Positions 1 through 10,350 of a DNA stretch of 27,685 bases are shown here, one piece after another. The position numbers and the translations under genes are program-made. The notes beneath the pieces were generated by a model. It was not told the DNA's origin. It was given only the letters and a program-made list of their open reading frames with translations, and did no database searches. The stretch's first letter is position 1. The number at the start of each line of letters is the position of its first letter. The stretch is from a virus (taxonomy: Duplodnaviria; Caudoviricetes), in IMG/VR virus record IMGVR_UViG_3300007863_000014, positions 1 to 27,685 of that record; one strand, 5' to 3'.

Positions 1-1
1 T

Positions 2-3000
2 TATCACACCAAGGGTGATGCTTACTGGAAAGATGACTGGAGAAACTTCCACATCCGTGCTTCGGATGACTCTTTCGTTCAGTGTGTCTCGGTCTTCGCT
101 GTTGGTTTCTTCGATCACTTCCTAATGGAAAGTGGTGGCGATATGTCCATCACGAACTCGAACTCTAACTTCGGTAATACATCACTTCACTCTATTGGTT
201 TCAAAGGATTCTCCTTCAACCAGGATAAAGGTGGATATGTTACTGATATTATTCCTGTTAAGAAAGTTGATACTAGTGCTTTTAACGAAGAAGATCTAAA
301 GTATTATCCTCTATCTAATCAGGCAACTAAAGTCAATGGTAACCAGACCAGACTGTACTACTCTGGTGATGATGTATACTCCCCATTCATCAAACCTGCC
401 ACCTCTATTGAAGGTTACAGACTCGGTGCTCTAACTAATGATAAGTTATTCCTAAAACTTCCAAAATTAGGAGGTGGTAATGCCATCTTCCAGTCTACTG
501 TTAGCCCTTCTGGTTTTAGACAGTATACTGCTTCTCTGGATACACTCAATCCAGATGGTGTCAACATTAATAATAATGCTCAGGATGCTTCTAACCTTAT
601 TGAAACGAACAAAGAGTTCATTCAAAGAGAAGCATACAACTACATCATCACTCGTTATCCTGCTCTACAGCAGAATAATAACATCACTATTTCTAAGTGT
701 GAAAGAGACATCGGTTATATTGTTGATGCTGTTATTCAAGACTTGAGAATTGGTGGCAACATCAATACAATTCAGGCAGCAGAAGGTTACTACGTTGGTG
801 GTACACTTTCGTACATTGATGGTGAGTTTAACGAATCAATCGAAGCATACGAGTACGTTAAGAATCTTACTATTGCTACGATGAGGAATTTTGATTATCT
901 AATCAAGAATCCTACGATCACCGCTGGTTCTCCTATTATTAATGTCGGTAGCACCGCTGGTCTACTAGTTGGTATGACTGTAAATCAGTATCCTTATACT
1001 GATACTGCTAATGGTGATGACGCTGCTACTGCTAACTTTACTAATGGCAGACTACGTGACACTGCTATTGCTCAGAACGTCCTGATTCCTAATAACGCTT
1101 ATATTAGACGTGTTATTGACTCGGAAAGAATTGAGATTGGTAATTCTCAACCTGTTCTGACTACAGATGCTCAAGGAAATCTTAGTGCTGCTTTTGGTAA
1201 CGCTGTTGTTGCTAACGCTCCTGGTTCTACTAGTGGTGCTTATCTTTACTTCGAGTTCCCACAAACAGCATCAGGATTAGATAGTGATGATGTTCTCACT
1301 GGTGGTTACAGTGACATCAATCCTGTAAGAGATAGCACGGTACTTCAAGATACCAGTGTTTGGGATGCTGCTGATAAAGGTTATCCTGAGTGTAATGATA
1401 TTCTTTCGCTAATTGAAGGTTACTTCAGTGAGTTCTTCCTAATCCTCAACAATGGTTTGACACCTCTTGGTGGTACTGAAGTTGATGCTCATAATCTAAT
1501 TCTTGGTAACAAGACTCTAATTGCTACTGAAGCAGTTGAGAGAATGCTCCTTGATCCTGCTAACTCTGGATTTACAATTCCTGGTGGTAATCAAGAATGT
1601 ATTGATGACGTTGAGTTGTTCCTAGAAGCAATTGCTTACAACATCAAGTACGGCGGAAATAGTAAAGTTTATGATGGTGCTCTACTTTATATCCAACAAC
1701 CTGGACTAATTAACGGAGAAAGAGACGAGTCCGTACAAGTTTACCTTGAGATGAGAGATCTAGCGATCTCTGCTATGAGAAATGAACCGATTACTATCCA
1801 AGGTTCTCACGGTCTAACTCAATTCATCGACAACAATGTCTTGGGTGATCTTTCTAGTCAAGCAGGAGTCTATGACTTTGCTAACGATTGTGCTGACATT
1901 GCTAGCTCCATCACCGTTTTTGGTGCTCTAATTACTCAAGCAATCGGATCAGATGCTGCTCCTGGTAACCTAACAGCTATCACCAGAACTGAACCTGCTT
2001 TCAACGTTGCTACTAGAGTTGAACCAGTTGTAGACACTGCTAACCTTGCTTCACGTGCTACTCTATTCACCATTAACACTGGTGGTTCAACATCAGATCC
2101 TCACCTATTTGAGACTGGAACTCCTATTAGATTGGTTCCTAAGGTAAGATCTGGTGTAGATCCTGCTACTGTTGATAAGCGTGTTATCAGACTTCCTAAA
2201 GGATTTAATACAAACACCATTTACTATGTAATTGCTCCTGGTAGATCTACAGAACCAGAAGATTACTCCGATGGTGTGACTTATCCCAACGTTTTTGAAA
2301 GAACTAACACAACTAAGTTGATGTTGGCAACGACAAGAGAGAACGCTGCTGCTGGCATTTACATGTACTCACCAGAGACTGACTCTGTTGATTATGATGT
2401 AGAGATTGCCCTTAACCAGTTTGTACTTGACGAGTCGTACAATCTTCACCAGTACATCTGTAACTTCCCAACTGGATTAACTGATCTTATCCAAACTGAT
2501 GTTCCTCACATCTTCGATGTTCCTGGAACTATCGATGTTGTTCATGAAGTATTCTTCAGAACATTTGGTTCTAACTCAACGCTACCACAAATCACTACTG
2601 GTGGTATTACTTCTGAAGTAGATATTAACAAGTATTACTATGTAAGATTCGTTACTCCAAAAACATTTGCTGTCTTCAACACTAAGGCAGAAGCAATTGC
2701 TGGTTCACCTAGAATTACGTTTGCTCCTAACTTTGGTGCTAACTTCTATACTTTTGCTAACAAACGTGTCTCTCCTGTCAAGTTTGACCCAACTAGAGAT
2801 GACTCTGCTCTAATTGCTGATCAGCAAGAAACAACTACAGGTCAGTGGTACATCAATACCACCGATGATTATGATCCTGCTATAAACATTCAAGCAAGAA
2901 TGAATGAGATCGGTCAAGATCTTAAGGATGCTCGTTCTAAGAACACTTCATTCAAGCGTCTTAAGGATGAGAGAACTGCTCAGGATAGAATCTATCGTTT

Positions 3001-6000
3001 ACGTTATGTCATTCCTAAGTATGCTGAAGGTGTACGTGATCCTCTCAATGGATTTGTTATCAAGGCAAGAACTGACGAAACTAGAAAACTTCTACCACAA
3101 AGAATTCTACTGAAGCCTACTGCTTCTGGTCTTGCTGATGTTGCTCTGTTTGAAACACAGATTCAATTAACTGCTGGTGGTAGTCTTGCTCAACAATTGG
3201 GTCTTCCTGCTGCTTCACTTGATCCTAACTTTGCTTACGATCCATATCTAAACACTCAAGTTAAAAAAGTTGCTTCCGATAGAGTTGCTTCTAAAACTTC
3301 TTTCAGCATCCAATCTGCTCGTCAGGTTGATGTAAGTGGAACTAACTATCTAGAACTAACTGTATTTGACCTTAGTATCACTGATGATGCTGTAAGAAAC
3401 GAACAGTTTGTAACGGTTAAGATCAACGCTCCTCAAGGTGGTGGTGGTGCTTTCAGAATTAACACTTCTGTTTCTAATAATCTCAATAAAATTCTCTGGA
3501 ATGGTTTCTCCTCAGGATTCGCTTTCGTACAAGGTTACTTTAACCCAGACGGCACCAACGATCACTACCTAGTTCTTAAAGGTCTAGATGGCGATGTTGT
3601 TAGATACGATAAAAACTCTGCTACTACATTCTCACAACCAGTTCTAGATGCTGATAACGATCCTGTATTGGATGGTAACGGTAATCAAGTTCTGATCTAC
3701 GCTACCCTACAAGCAAAACCAAACAGTGTTGGTTCACCTGATGACTCACTAAGCAAGTCTGATAGAAAAGACTATCTTTACAGCGATAAGAACTCTAATG
3801 TTCTTACCATGACTCCTGGTGATATCATCACTGATGATGACGGTAATGATTACGAAATTGCTTCTGTTGTGGATGCTGGTCAGATCGAAGATACATTCTA
3901 CATCTTCGACATTGAAGAGATCAAGCGTCGTATTCCTAACCAGCAAGAAGGTATCTACTACCTAACTTGTATTAAGGGTAACATCTCTCCATTCCCAACT
4001 GGTCCTGGAGTTGGTACTAACTTCCGTGGATTTAAATTCTCACAGCCTATCGGTCAACTATACCCATTGGATTATAAGAATGATCCTCTTTGGTTCCAAG
4101 TCCGTCCTGATGACACTAGAAACACAACAATTCTTGATACTGACCCAACGGTTTGTGCTGCTGATAACTTTGTTCATGGTCTCGTCACTACTAACGACTT
4201 CAAGAACAGTGAAACTAAAGAAGTTGTTCTTGACTTTATCGAGAACCCTGCCCTAAACAGATACGAGTATACTACTAATGCTGTTGAAGCACAAAGTGGT
4301 AACGCTGCTTCGGGTTCTGAAGATCGTTTGATTCCTATCTCTGGTGATTCTGTATATCCAACAGAGAACAAACTGTACGTCGAACTACGTCGTCCATCTA
4401 TTGCTAGATCTGGTAACCACACATTTGAGTATCTTGGATTCGGTCCTGGTAACTACTCAACTGGTTTCCCACTTCGTCAGGAAGTTGTTCTATCAGACAT
4501 TCAAGATTTCTACGCTCAGGCAAAACGTGAAAATGGCGGTATTGTCTTCTACACGGGTCTAAACTCTAACGGTGACCTCTATATCGGTAATCGTAAGATC
4601 AACGCTATCACAGGCGAAGAGACGTTCCTTGAGAAAGCAGAACTACTATCATCTGATGATGATGGTGGTGACATCGGTGGTTTGGTCACAACGTTTGAAC
4701 TTCCTGTTGCTTTTGAGCAAGAAATTACCGTTGACGGTAATGCTTTATTCAACAACCCAGTAACAATTAACGTTGATGACAACGAACCAAATGCTTTCAC
4801 TGTTGTCTCTAACGTTGATTCTAACTCTGGTGGTGATCAAACTCTAGACTCTGCTTCCTGGAACAGAAGTACAATTGCTTCTGAAGGTAATGTAGTTATT
4901 CATCAGAACCAGATCTTCTCTGCTATCTACAGACTTAACCCACGTGGTAGTTCACTACTATCTGGTCAAGACTATAGTTTCAGAACTCATGTTGATCAGC
5001 AAAGTGGAAACACCCCAACTAATAAAACACCTAATCAAACTAATTCCAACCTTGGAATTGAAGTTAAGTATGGCACTTTAGCAACTTCTGAAGGTCCTAC
5101 TGCTGGTGATATCCTACTTAAGGGTGAAGAAGTTGGTAGAACTGGTTCACTTGGGTGGATCTACGCTAACTTCTACCAGTCATTTGAAGCTAATATTGAC
5201 TCCACCACTGCTATTGGTGATGGTGGTCTACCAGCAGCTGCTGGACCTAAAGTCAGGTTTAACATGACTAATGGTGAATCTCCTGCTGCTAATGGTATTG
5301 AAGTTGGTAGCATTGTTAAGATTGCTGGTTTGGATGGTAGATTTATTAATGTCAACGGTATTAGATCGGTTGAGTCTGTACTAGGAGACTCTTTCGTTGT
5401 TAGTGCTCCTGTCGTAATCGACATGAGTGCCGTTGATGATCCTACTACGTTACCAGTTGATGCTGTTATTTCCGTATCACAAAGCAAATGGACTGAGACT
5501 TCTATAATTGGTGCTGAGACATTAAGAACTGATACCACAAATAATGGTGATTACAAATTAGGTATTAATACTCTAGCAAGATCTGCTCATAGCGACTTTG
5601 ATAAGGGATATAGTTCTGATGCTGTTGATCCAAGAGCAAACTTAGATGTTGTTGGTACAGTATACATTAGTGGTAAGACTCTTGCTCCTAATGGTTATGA
5701 TAATTTCCCACTACTTGCTAACAGATCGTTTGCCGAGCAGAACAATGCTCTACTAGTTGGTGGTGATTCAGTACAACCTAATCTGGAAGCAACATTTAGA
5801 GTTGCCACAACCAACGGTCTACAAGGTGATCATTCTGGACAGTCAACAGGAATTGCTAGAACTGTTGCTGGTGGTAGAGTTGGTATTAACGTCACTGATG
5901 GTGATACAAATCATACACTAACTGTTGTTGGTGACATGAGACTAACAGAGAATGCTCTGTTTGAAGAGAATCTACAGATCAATGGTGGATCTCTATCTAC

Positions 6001-8653
6001 GTTGTCACCATCGTTCAGTTTGCTTGATGGTGGTGCTACTACTGTATACTTTGCTTCTGAAGCAAGAAATCTCTTTATCGGCAACTCTGTTTCTGGTAGT
6101 GATACTTCAGAAGCTTCACCTCAGATCATTAACATCTCGCCAACCGCTGCTAATCAAGAAGTTAACATCGGTACATTTAGTCAAGATTCAGTCTTTAAGG
6201 TTCATAGTGGCGGTAAGAAGTCTTCTATGGCTCTCGGTACTTCTAATCTATCAGATACTGATGCTGTATCTGTTGTACGTATCGGTGGTGCTTACGCCAA
6301 GCAATCTAACTCTCTATCTGATGGTTCGGTTGTTAAATTACAGACCAGATTTACTCAGGTTGATGGTGATTTAAGCATTGGTACAGCACTTGTAGGTGGT
6401 ACTGGTATTGCTACTCTAAGTTCGCCTGCTCAACGAGTTAATCTATTCACGGTTACAACTTCTAAGTTGTATATTGGTAGTGCTGCTTCCAGAACCTTTA
6501 TCGGCGCTCAGGGTGGATTTACCCAGATCAATAATAGTCTGGTTGTTAAATCTGCTTCTACTCTTGAGGGTGATGTAACACTCTCTGGTGGTCTTAACTC
6601 TGGTGAGTTTGAAGTACGTAGAGGTTCGTTCTCTACTGATGCTGTAGCACATACACAAGGTGATAGCGACTTTGCTAACATTGACCTCTTTAGTAAGAGT
6701 GTTATTGGACAGTTCATTGACAAAGATTCCAGTTTCTTTGGTGCTGTTGCTGATGCTGTCGGTGGAACTGCTCCTAGCGATGAGTATTACCTACCATTTT
6801 CTACTCCATCCAACACTACGATCTTTGAAGTTGGTGCTTTCTTACTGATTGACCGTTCTAGACTAGCAATCTTTGATCCAACAGCATTTACTGCTAACGT
6901 TGGTCCTAATACTGCTACTATTACTAGTGTAACTAACGCTACTAGCTTCGACACTCTCAACACATGGGTAAGAATTGATGTAGATCAAGATGCTACCTTT
7001 AGTGATGGTACTAAGTATGCTCAGATCACTGCTATTACTGGAACTACATTTACTTTAAGTAAGTCTATCGCTTCTTCAGTTACTGCTGGACAGGTCAAGT
7101 TTACTGGTGGTGATTCTACTCAAGGTGCTGCTCCTGTTGGTGAACAGTACAGTGAACTTGTACAGATTCTTGAACTTACTAACCTGAACAACATCACTAA
7201 CGATTCTCTTCAGGTCAAAGTTAAGAGAGCAATGAACCAGCGTAATACCGTTGACGGTAGTATGCTTGCTGGAACTCCTGCTGATCTTCCTGGTTCTGCT
7301 GAAGCTTCTAGTTTCAAATATCTAAGAACGGATCACCCAGATAATGCTGAACTTATTCGATATGATCTAGCAGAAGATGTTAGCTTTATTGATCAGGTTA
7401 ATGGTCTTGGTGGCACTACAGGTGGTACACTACAAGACGTTAACACTGGTGACTTCTCTGGTTCTGTTGGAGAAGGCGACATTCTACGCTTCACTGACAG
7501 TGAATTGGCAATTATCACTGACATCAATACAACTTCTCCACAGAGATTTGTTGTTACTGATGGTTCTGATAACGCCCCAGTTGAACAGTTCTCCATTGAT
7601 TCTACAAATGGTGAAACTAGCATCTTAGGTAATGTAACTATTAATGCTAACTTTACACTTGCTGGATCTACAGTTGCTGGATCTCAGACACTTCAAATTA
7701 CCACTGGTGGTTCTAATCCTACAACCACATTCAGTGTTGATTCCGCTACTGGAGAAACATGCCTGAAGGGTGACTTTGGTGCTAGTGGTCCTAACTGTGA
7801 TAGGTTGACTGTCGATGCCGAGACTGGTCTCACTACTATAAGTATTGGCGACTTCTTAATTGGTAGTCCTACCGATCAAAAACTTATCCTTCAGAATAAC
7901 ACTGGTAACCTTACACTTGCTGGTCATATAACTGTTGAGGGAACTACCGAGAGTAAAATCTCTGGTCCTGTACAGATTGATGGTGGTAACTTCCAACTCA
8001 ATAAGATTGATCAGTCACCTGATTGGACTAATGGTGGTGCTGTTGAAGATGGAGATACGATTCACTACAGCGGTAACATTTACACTGTAGTTGGCAACGG
8101 AAACCTAGGTAACACTCAACCAACACACTCAACTGGTACTCTTGTCAATGGTGGTGTATCTCTTACCTTCCTCAAAACTAAGCAACCCGAAGAACTATTC
8201 GAGGTTGAAGTTGATGGTTCTATGAACTTCGCTGGTCAGGAAGGATTCTTCACACCAACTGGTGCTAGAAAGTGGGCGTTTGTTGGTGCTGGAGAAGAGG
8301 TATTTGATCTGGTATCTAATGTTAACTACTTTGTTTCTCCTTCTTCTGATACAACTCTCAAACTACCAGGAAACCCAGTCACGGGCGACTGTATCAGAAT
8401 CGTTGATGTTGGTGGTAATCTAACTTACAACGTTTCACTACGAGTAAGAGCTAAAGATAATATCGCTGTCCAAGGTGATAATACAAATGGCAATACTCCT
8501 GACCTAAGTAGTATTGACTACGACGGTGGTGAACTTGTCGTTCAGACCCCACATGCTGGATTTGGTCTGATATACCTAGGTAGTACAAACTTTGATGGAA
8601 CCACCACTGGTGCTCCATCAACAACACAAGGTTGGTGGTTGGTAGAAATCTAA
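2..8653 (+). CDS. Giant virion structural / tail-fibre protein, 5'-truncated (at least 2883 aa in window)
   Basis: The frame is open from base 2 (YHTKGDAYWKDDWRNFHIRASDDSFVQCVSVFAVGFFDHFL-MESGGD), so the track start at 125 is an internal Met. G/T/S/N-rich. Fibre-shaft motifs GINT..P.ANLDVVG and GINVT..HTLTVVG, and a C-terminal LKLPGNPVTGDCIRIVD...GWWLVEI domain typical of phage fibre ends. Lies upstream of collar-domain genes. Confidence 0.85.
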   Translation, partial: YHTKGDAYWKDDWRNFHIRASDDSFVQCVSVFAVGFFDHFLMESGGDMSITNSNSNFGNTSLHSIGFKGFSFNQDKGGYVTDIIPVKKVDTSAFNEEDLKYYPLSNQATKVNGNQTRLYYSGDDVYSPFIKPATSIEGYRLGALTNDKLFLKLPKLGGGNAIFQSTVSPSGFRQYTASLDTLNPDGVNINNNAQDASNLIETNKEFIQREAYNYIITRYPALQQNNNITISKCERDIGYIVDAVIQDLRIGGNINTIQAAEGYYVGGTLSYIDGEFNESIEAYEYVKNLTIATMRNFDYLIKNPTITAGSPIINVGSTAGLLVGMTVNQYPYTDTANGDDAATANFTNGRLRDTAIAQNVLIPNNAYIRRVIDSERIEIGNSQPVLTTDAQGNLSAAFGNAVVANAPGSTSGAYLYFEFPQTASGLDSDDVLTGGYSDINPVRDSTVLQDTSVWDAADKGYPECNDILSLIEGYFSEFFLILNNGLTPLGGTEVDAHNLILGNKTLIATEAVERMLLDPANSGFTIPGGNQECIDDVELFLEAIAYNIKYGGNSKVYDGALLYIQQPGLINGERDESVQVYLEMRDLAISAMRNEPITIQGSHGLTQFIDNNVLGDLSSQAGVYDFANDCADIASSITVFGALITQAIGSDAAPGNLTAITRTEPAFNVATRVEPVVDTANLASRATLFTINTGGSTSDPHLFETGTPIRLVPKVRSGVDPATVDKRVIRLPKGFNTNTIYYVIAPGRSTEPEDYSDGVTYPNVFERTNTTKLMLATTRENAAAGIYMYSPETDSVDYDVEIALNQFVLDESYNLHQYICNFPTGLTDLIQTDVPHIFDVPGTIDVVHEVFFRTFGSNSTLPQITTGGITSEVDINKYYYVRFVTPKTFAVFNTKAEAIAGSPRITFAPNFGANFYTFANKRVSPVKFDPTRDDSALIADQQETTTGQWYINTTDDYDPAINIQARMNEIGQDLKDARSKNTSFKRLKDERTAQDRIYRLRYVIPKYAEGVRDPLNGFVIKARTDETRKLLPQRILLKPTASGLADVALFETQIQLTAGGSLAQQLGLPAASLDPNFAYDPYLNTQVKKVASDRVASKTSFSIQSARQVDVSGTNYLELTVFDLSITDDAVRNEQFVTVKINAPQGGGGAFRINTSVSNNLNKILWNGFSSGFAFVQGYFNPDGTNDHYLVLKGLDGDVVRYDKNSATTFSQPVLDADNDPVLDGNGNQVLIYATLQAKPNSVGSPDDSLSKSDRKDYLYSDKNSNVLTMTPGDIITDDDGNDYEIASVVDAGQIEDTFYIFDIEEIKRRIPNQQEGIYYLTCIKGNISPFPTGPGVGTNFRGFKFSQPIGQLYPLDYKNDPLWFQVRPDDTRNTTILDTDPTVCAADNFVHGLVTTNDFKNSETKEVVLDFIENPALNRYEYTTNAVEAQSGNAASGSEDRLIPISGDSVYPTENKLYVELRRPSIARSGNHTFEYLGFGPGNYSTGFPLRQEVVLSDIQDFYAQAKRENGGIVFYTGLNSNGDLYIGNRKINAITGEETFLEKAELLSSDDDGGDIGGLVTTFELPVAFEQEITVDGNALFNNPVTINVDDNEPNAFTVVSNVDSNSGGDQTLDSASWNRSTIASEGNVVIHQNQIFSAIYRLNPRGSSLLSGQDYSFRTHVDQQSGNTPTNKTPNQTNSNLGIEVKYGTLATSEGPTAGDILLKGEEVGRTGSLGWIYANFYQSFEANIDSTTAIGDGGLPAAAGPKVRFNMTNGESPAANGIEVGSIVKIAGLDGRFINVNGIRSVESVLGDSFVVSAPVVIDMSAVDDPTTLPVDAVISVSQSKWTETSIIGAETLRTDTTNNGDYKLGINTLARSAHSDFDKGYSSDAVDPRANLDVVGTVYISGKTLAPNGYDNFPLLANRSFAEQNNALLVGGDSVQPNLEATFRVATTNGLQGDHSGQSTGIARTVAGGRVGINVTDGDTNHTLTVVGDMRLTENALFEENLQINGGSLSTLSPSFSLLDGGATTVYFASEARNLFIGNSVSGSDTSEASPQIINISPTAANQEVNIGTFSQDSVFKVHSGGKKSSMALGTSNLSDTDAVSVVRIGGAYAKQSNSLSDGSVVKLQTRFTQVDGDLSIGTALVGGTGIATLSSPAQRVNLFTVTTSKLYIGSAASRTFIGAQGGFTQINNSLVVKSASTLEGDVTLSGGLNSGEFEVRRGSFSTDAVAHTQGDSDFANIDLFSKSVIGQFIDKDSSFFGAVADAVGGTAPSDEYYLPFSTPSNTTIFEVGAFLLIDRSRLAIFDPTAFTANVGPNTATITSVTNATSFDTLNTWVRIDVDQDATFSDGTKYAQITAITGTTFTLSKSIASSVTAGQVKFTGGDSTQGAAPVGEQYSELVQILELTNLNNITNDSLQVKVKRAMNQRNTVDGSMLAGTPADLPGSAEASSFKYLRTDHPDNAELIRYDLAEDVSFIDQVNGLGGTTGGTLQDVNTGDFSGSVGEGDILRFTDSELAIITDINTTSPQRFVVTDGSDNAPVEQFSIDSTNGETSILGNVTINANFTLAGSTVAGSQTLQITTGGSNPTTTFSVDSATGETCLKGDFGASGPNCDRLTVDAETGLTTISIGDFLIGSPTDQKLILQNNTGNLTLAGHITVEGTTESKISGPVQIDGGNFQLNKIDQSPDWTNGGAVEDGDTIHYSGNIYTVVGNGNLGNTQPTHSTGTLVNGGVSLTFLKTKQPEELFEVEVDGSMNFAGQEGFFTPTGARKWAFVGAGEEVFDLVSNVNYFVSPSSDTTLKLPGNPVTGDCIRIVDVGGNLTYNVSLRVRAKDNIAVQGDNTNGNTPDLSSIDYDGGELVVQTPHAGFGLIYLGSTNFDGTTTGAPSTTQGWWLVEI

Positions 8654-10350
8654 TGGCAGGATACAACGTAGTTAAGACACAAAAAGGACTCCCTATTGGT
8701 TCACTACAACCATGGGGAGGAAATCTTTCTGAGATTCCAAATGGGTGGTTGTTATGTAATGGTGCCGAAATTGAGGCAGGAGACTATCCATTGTTAGCAC
8801 GTATTTTACGTGACACATACGGTGGTACTGCTTTTGGCGGTAATTTTCCTAATTATACAGGTACATTTAGGTTACCACAAACAAATAACAAAGCACTGGC
8901 AGATATTTCTACTGCTTATTTTGGTGTATATAATTCAACTACTGGGGTGATTCCTTCAGAAATTGATAATCCAAATGCTTTAAACATTATAGAAGATTTC
9001 CTTGGAGATTCTGTACCTGGATTTGAACCTGGAGATCTTGGTCCACCTAATGTTACAAATGCCAAGACAGATTTAAACTTTACATATACACCTGATCCAG
9101 CTGGAACTATTGTTAGTATTGTCACTACTGGTACAGGACCAACTGTAGCAACTACAAAACAGTATAAGAATGTAGTGGCAACTAACGGAACAAATGCTGA
9201 TACTGGAGCATCTGTTAGTGGTTTTGGTGCTTTATTTACCGTTGTTATTAATACCGATAATTCGTATGATATCATTCCTAAAGTCAAAGGACAGGGATAT
9301 GAAGTTGGAGATCAATTAACTGTTCCTGGAACTACATTTGCTGCTGACGGCGGCGTCTCCACTGCTAATGATATTGCTGTTACTGTTACTAAAGTTGGTA
9401 ACTCGTACTTTGAAGGTACTATCACTGGACAATCTATTATTGATGGATTCTCAATTAAAGAAGTTTTTATTGTTCCTAGAAAACTAGGAAGAGAACATTT
9501 TCCACAGCACTTTCACGAAGGAACATATAAATCAACTAACAGCGGCGATGCTGGAGAACAACCTGGTAGGGGTGCTTGTGTATTTGCCACCCCCGAAGTA
9601 AACTTCACTGAATTCTACGAAAGAGTTCATCCATGTCCATCTGGATACTTTGCTCCATTTGGACCTTATTGTCCCTTGCCAACTTCCCTTGATTGTACTA
9701 GTGGATTAGCAACTGGATTTTGGATTGGCAACTCTCCTACAAATAACGTCACATCTTTAAATAATTCTCCATTTACTACTGGTGCTGGTAGATATACTAT
9801 TGCTTCAGTTGGTGGCACACTGCCTGTTGCTGAACATGTACCATATGGTACTGGCAATACAGGTCATGGTCTTGGTAAAACTTGGTTTACTGGTGCTGGT
9901 ACACATTGGAACTTACGCCACACATCTGGTTCATCAGCTGATTCATCTGATGCTAACATGGTTGCCTTGAAAAACACGGGTAGATTTGCTCCTGGATATA
10001 GAGTTCCATTTTCAGATAACTCCCAAACAATTAAATCTCCAAATTTTGACTCTGGTACTAGTGGATCAGATAATACTCATGGAATTACAAAAACACTGTT
10101 CAATCACGCTGGTATCTCATTTTTGAATGATTCCTTGACAGGGGGAGGGGTTCAAGATGTTATTGAAGCACACGATCACGATGGATCATTTAATATTGTT
10201 TATGATGGTTCTAATATGGATGTTGTAGAACAACTACAAGTCCTGGCTCAACCTAATGTAACTCCAAATTCTATTGATGGAGCACTACAGATTACATTTA
10301 CCACAAGAGTGGCTTCTGTTACTATTACTAACTTAATTAGAGCATACTAA
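8653..10350 (+). CDS. Phage tail-collar domain fibre protein (565 aa)
   Basis: ATG at 8653 overlaps the upstream TAA (TAATG) and is preferred over the track start at 8632. N-terminal collar motif LPIGSLQPWGG...IPNGWLLCNGAEI...YPLLARIL...YGG...FRLP. Two HxH motifs (QHFHE, AHDHD). Ends LIRAY. Confidence 0.88.
   Translation: MAGYNVVKTQKGLPIGSLQPWGGNLSEIPNGWLLCNGAEIEAGDYPLLARILRDTYGGTAFGGNFPNYTGTFRLPQTNNKALADISTAYFGVYNSTTGVIPSEIDNPNALNIIEDFLGDSVPGFEPGDLGPPNVTNAKTDLNFTYTPDPAGTIVSIVTTGTGPTVATTKQYKNVVATNGTNADTGASVSGFGALFTVVINTDNSYDIIPKVKGQGYEVGDQLTVPGTTFAADGGVSTANDIAVTVTKVGNSYFEGTITGQSIIDGFSIKEVFIVPRKLGREHFPQHFHEGTYKSTNSGDAGEQPGRGACVFATPEVNFTEFYERVHPCPSGYFAPFGPYCPLPTSLDCTSGLATGFWIGNSPTNNVTSLNNSPFTTGAGRYTIASVGGTLPVAEHVPYGTGNTGHGLGKTWFTGAGTHWNLRHTSGSSADSSDANMVALKNTGRFAPGYRVPFSDNSQTIKSPNFDSGTSGSDNTHGITKTLFNHAGISFLNDSLTGGGVQDVIEAHDHDGSFNIVYDGSNMDVVEQLQVLAQPNVTPNSIDGALQITFTTRVASVTITNLIRAY

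Noticed and set aside
8632-8652. Track start at 8632 (and likewise 17461 and 125)
   Set aside because: ATGs overlapping the upstream stop (8653, 17473) fit the operon's coupling pattern better, and 125 is an internal Met of a frame open from base 2.
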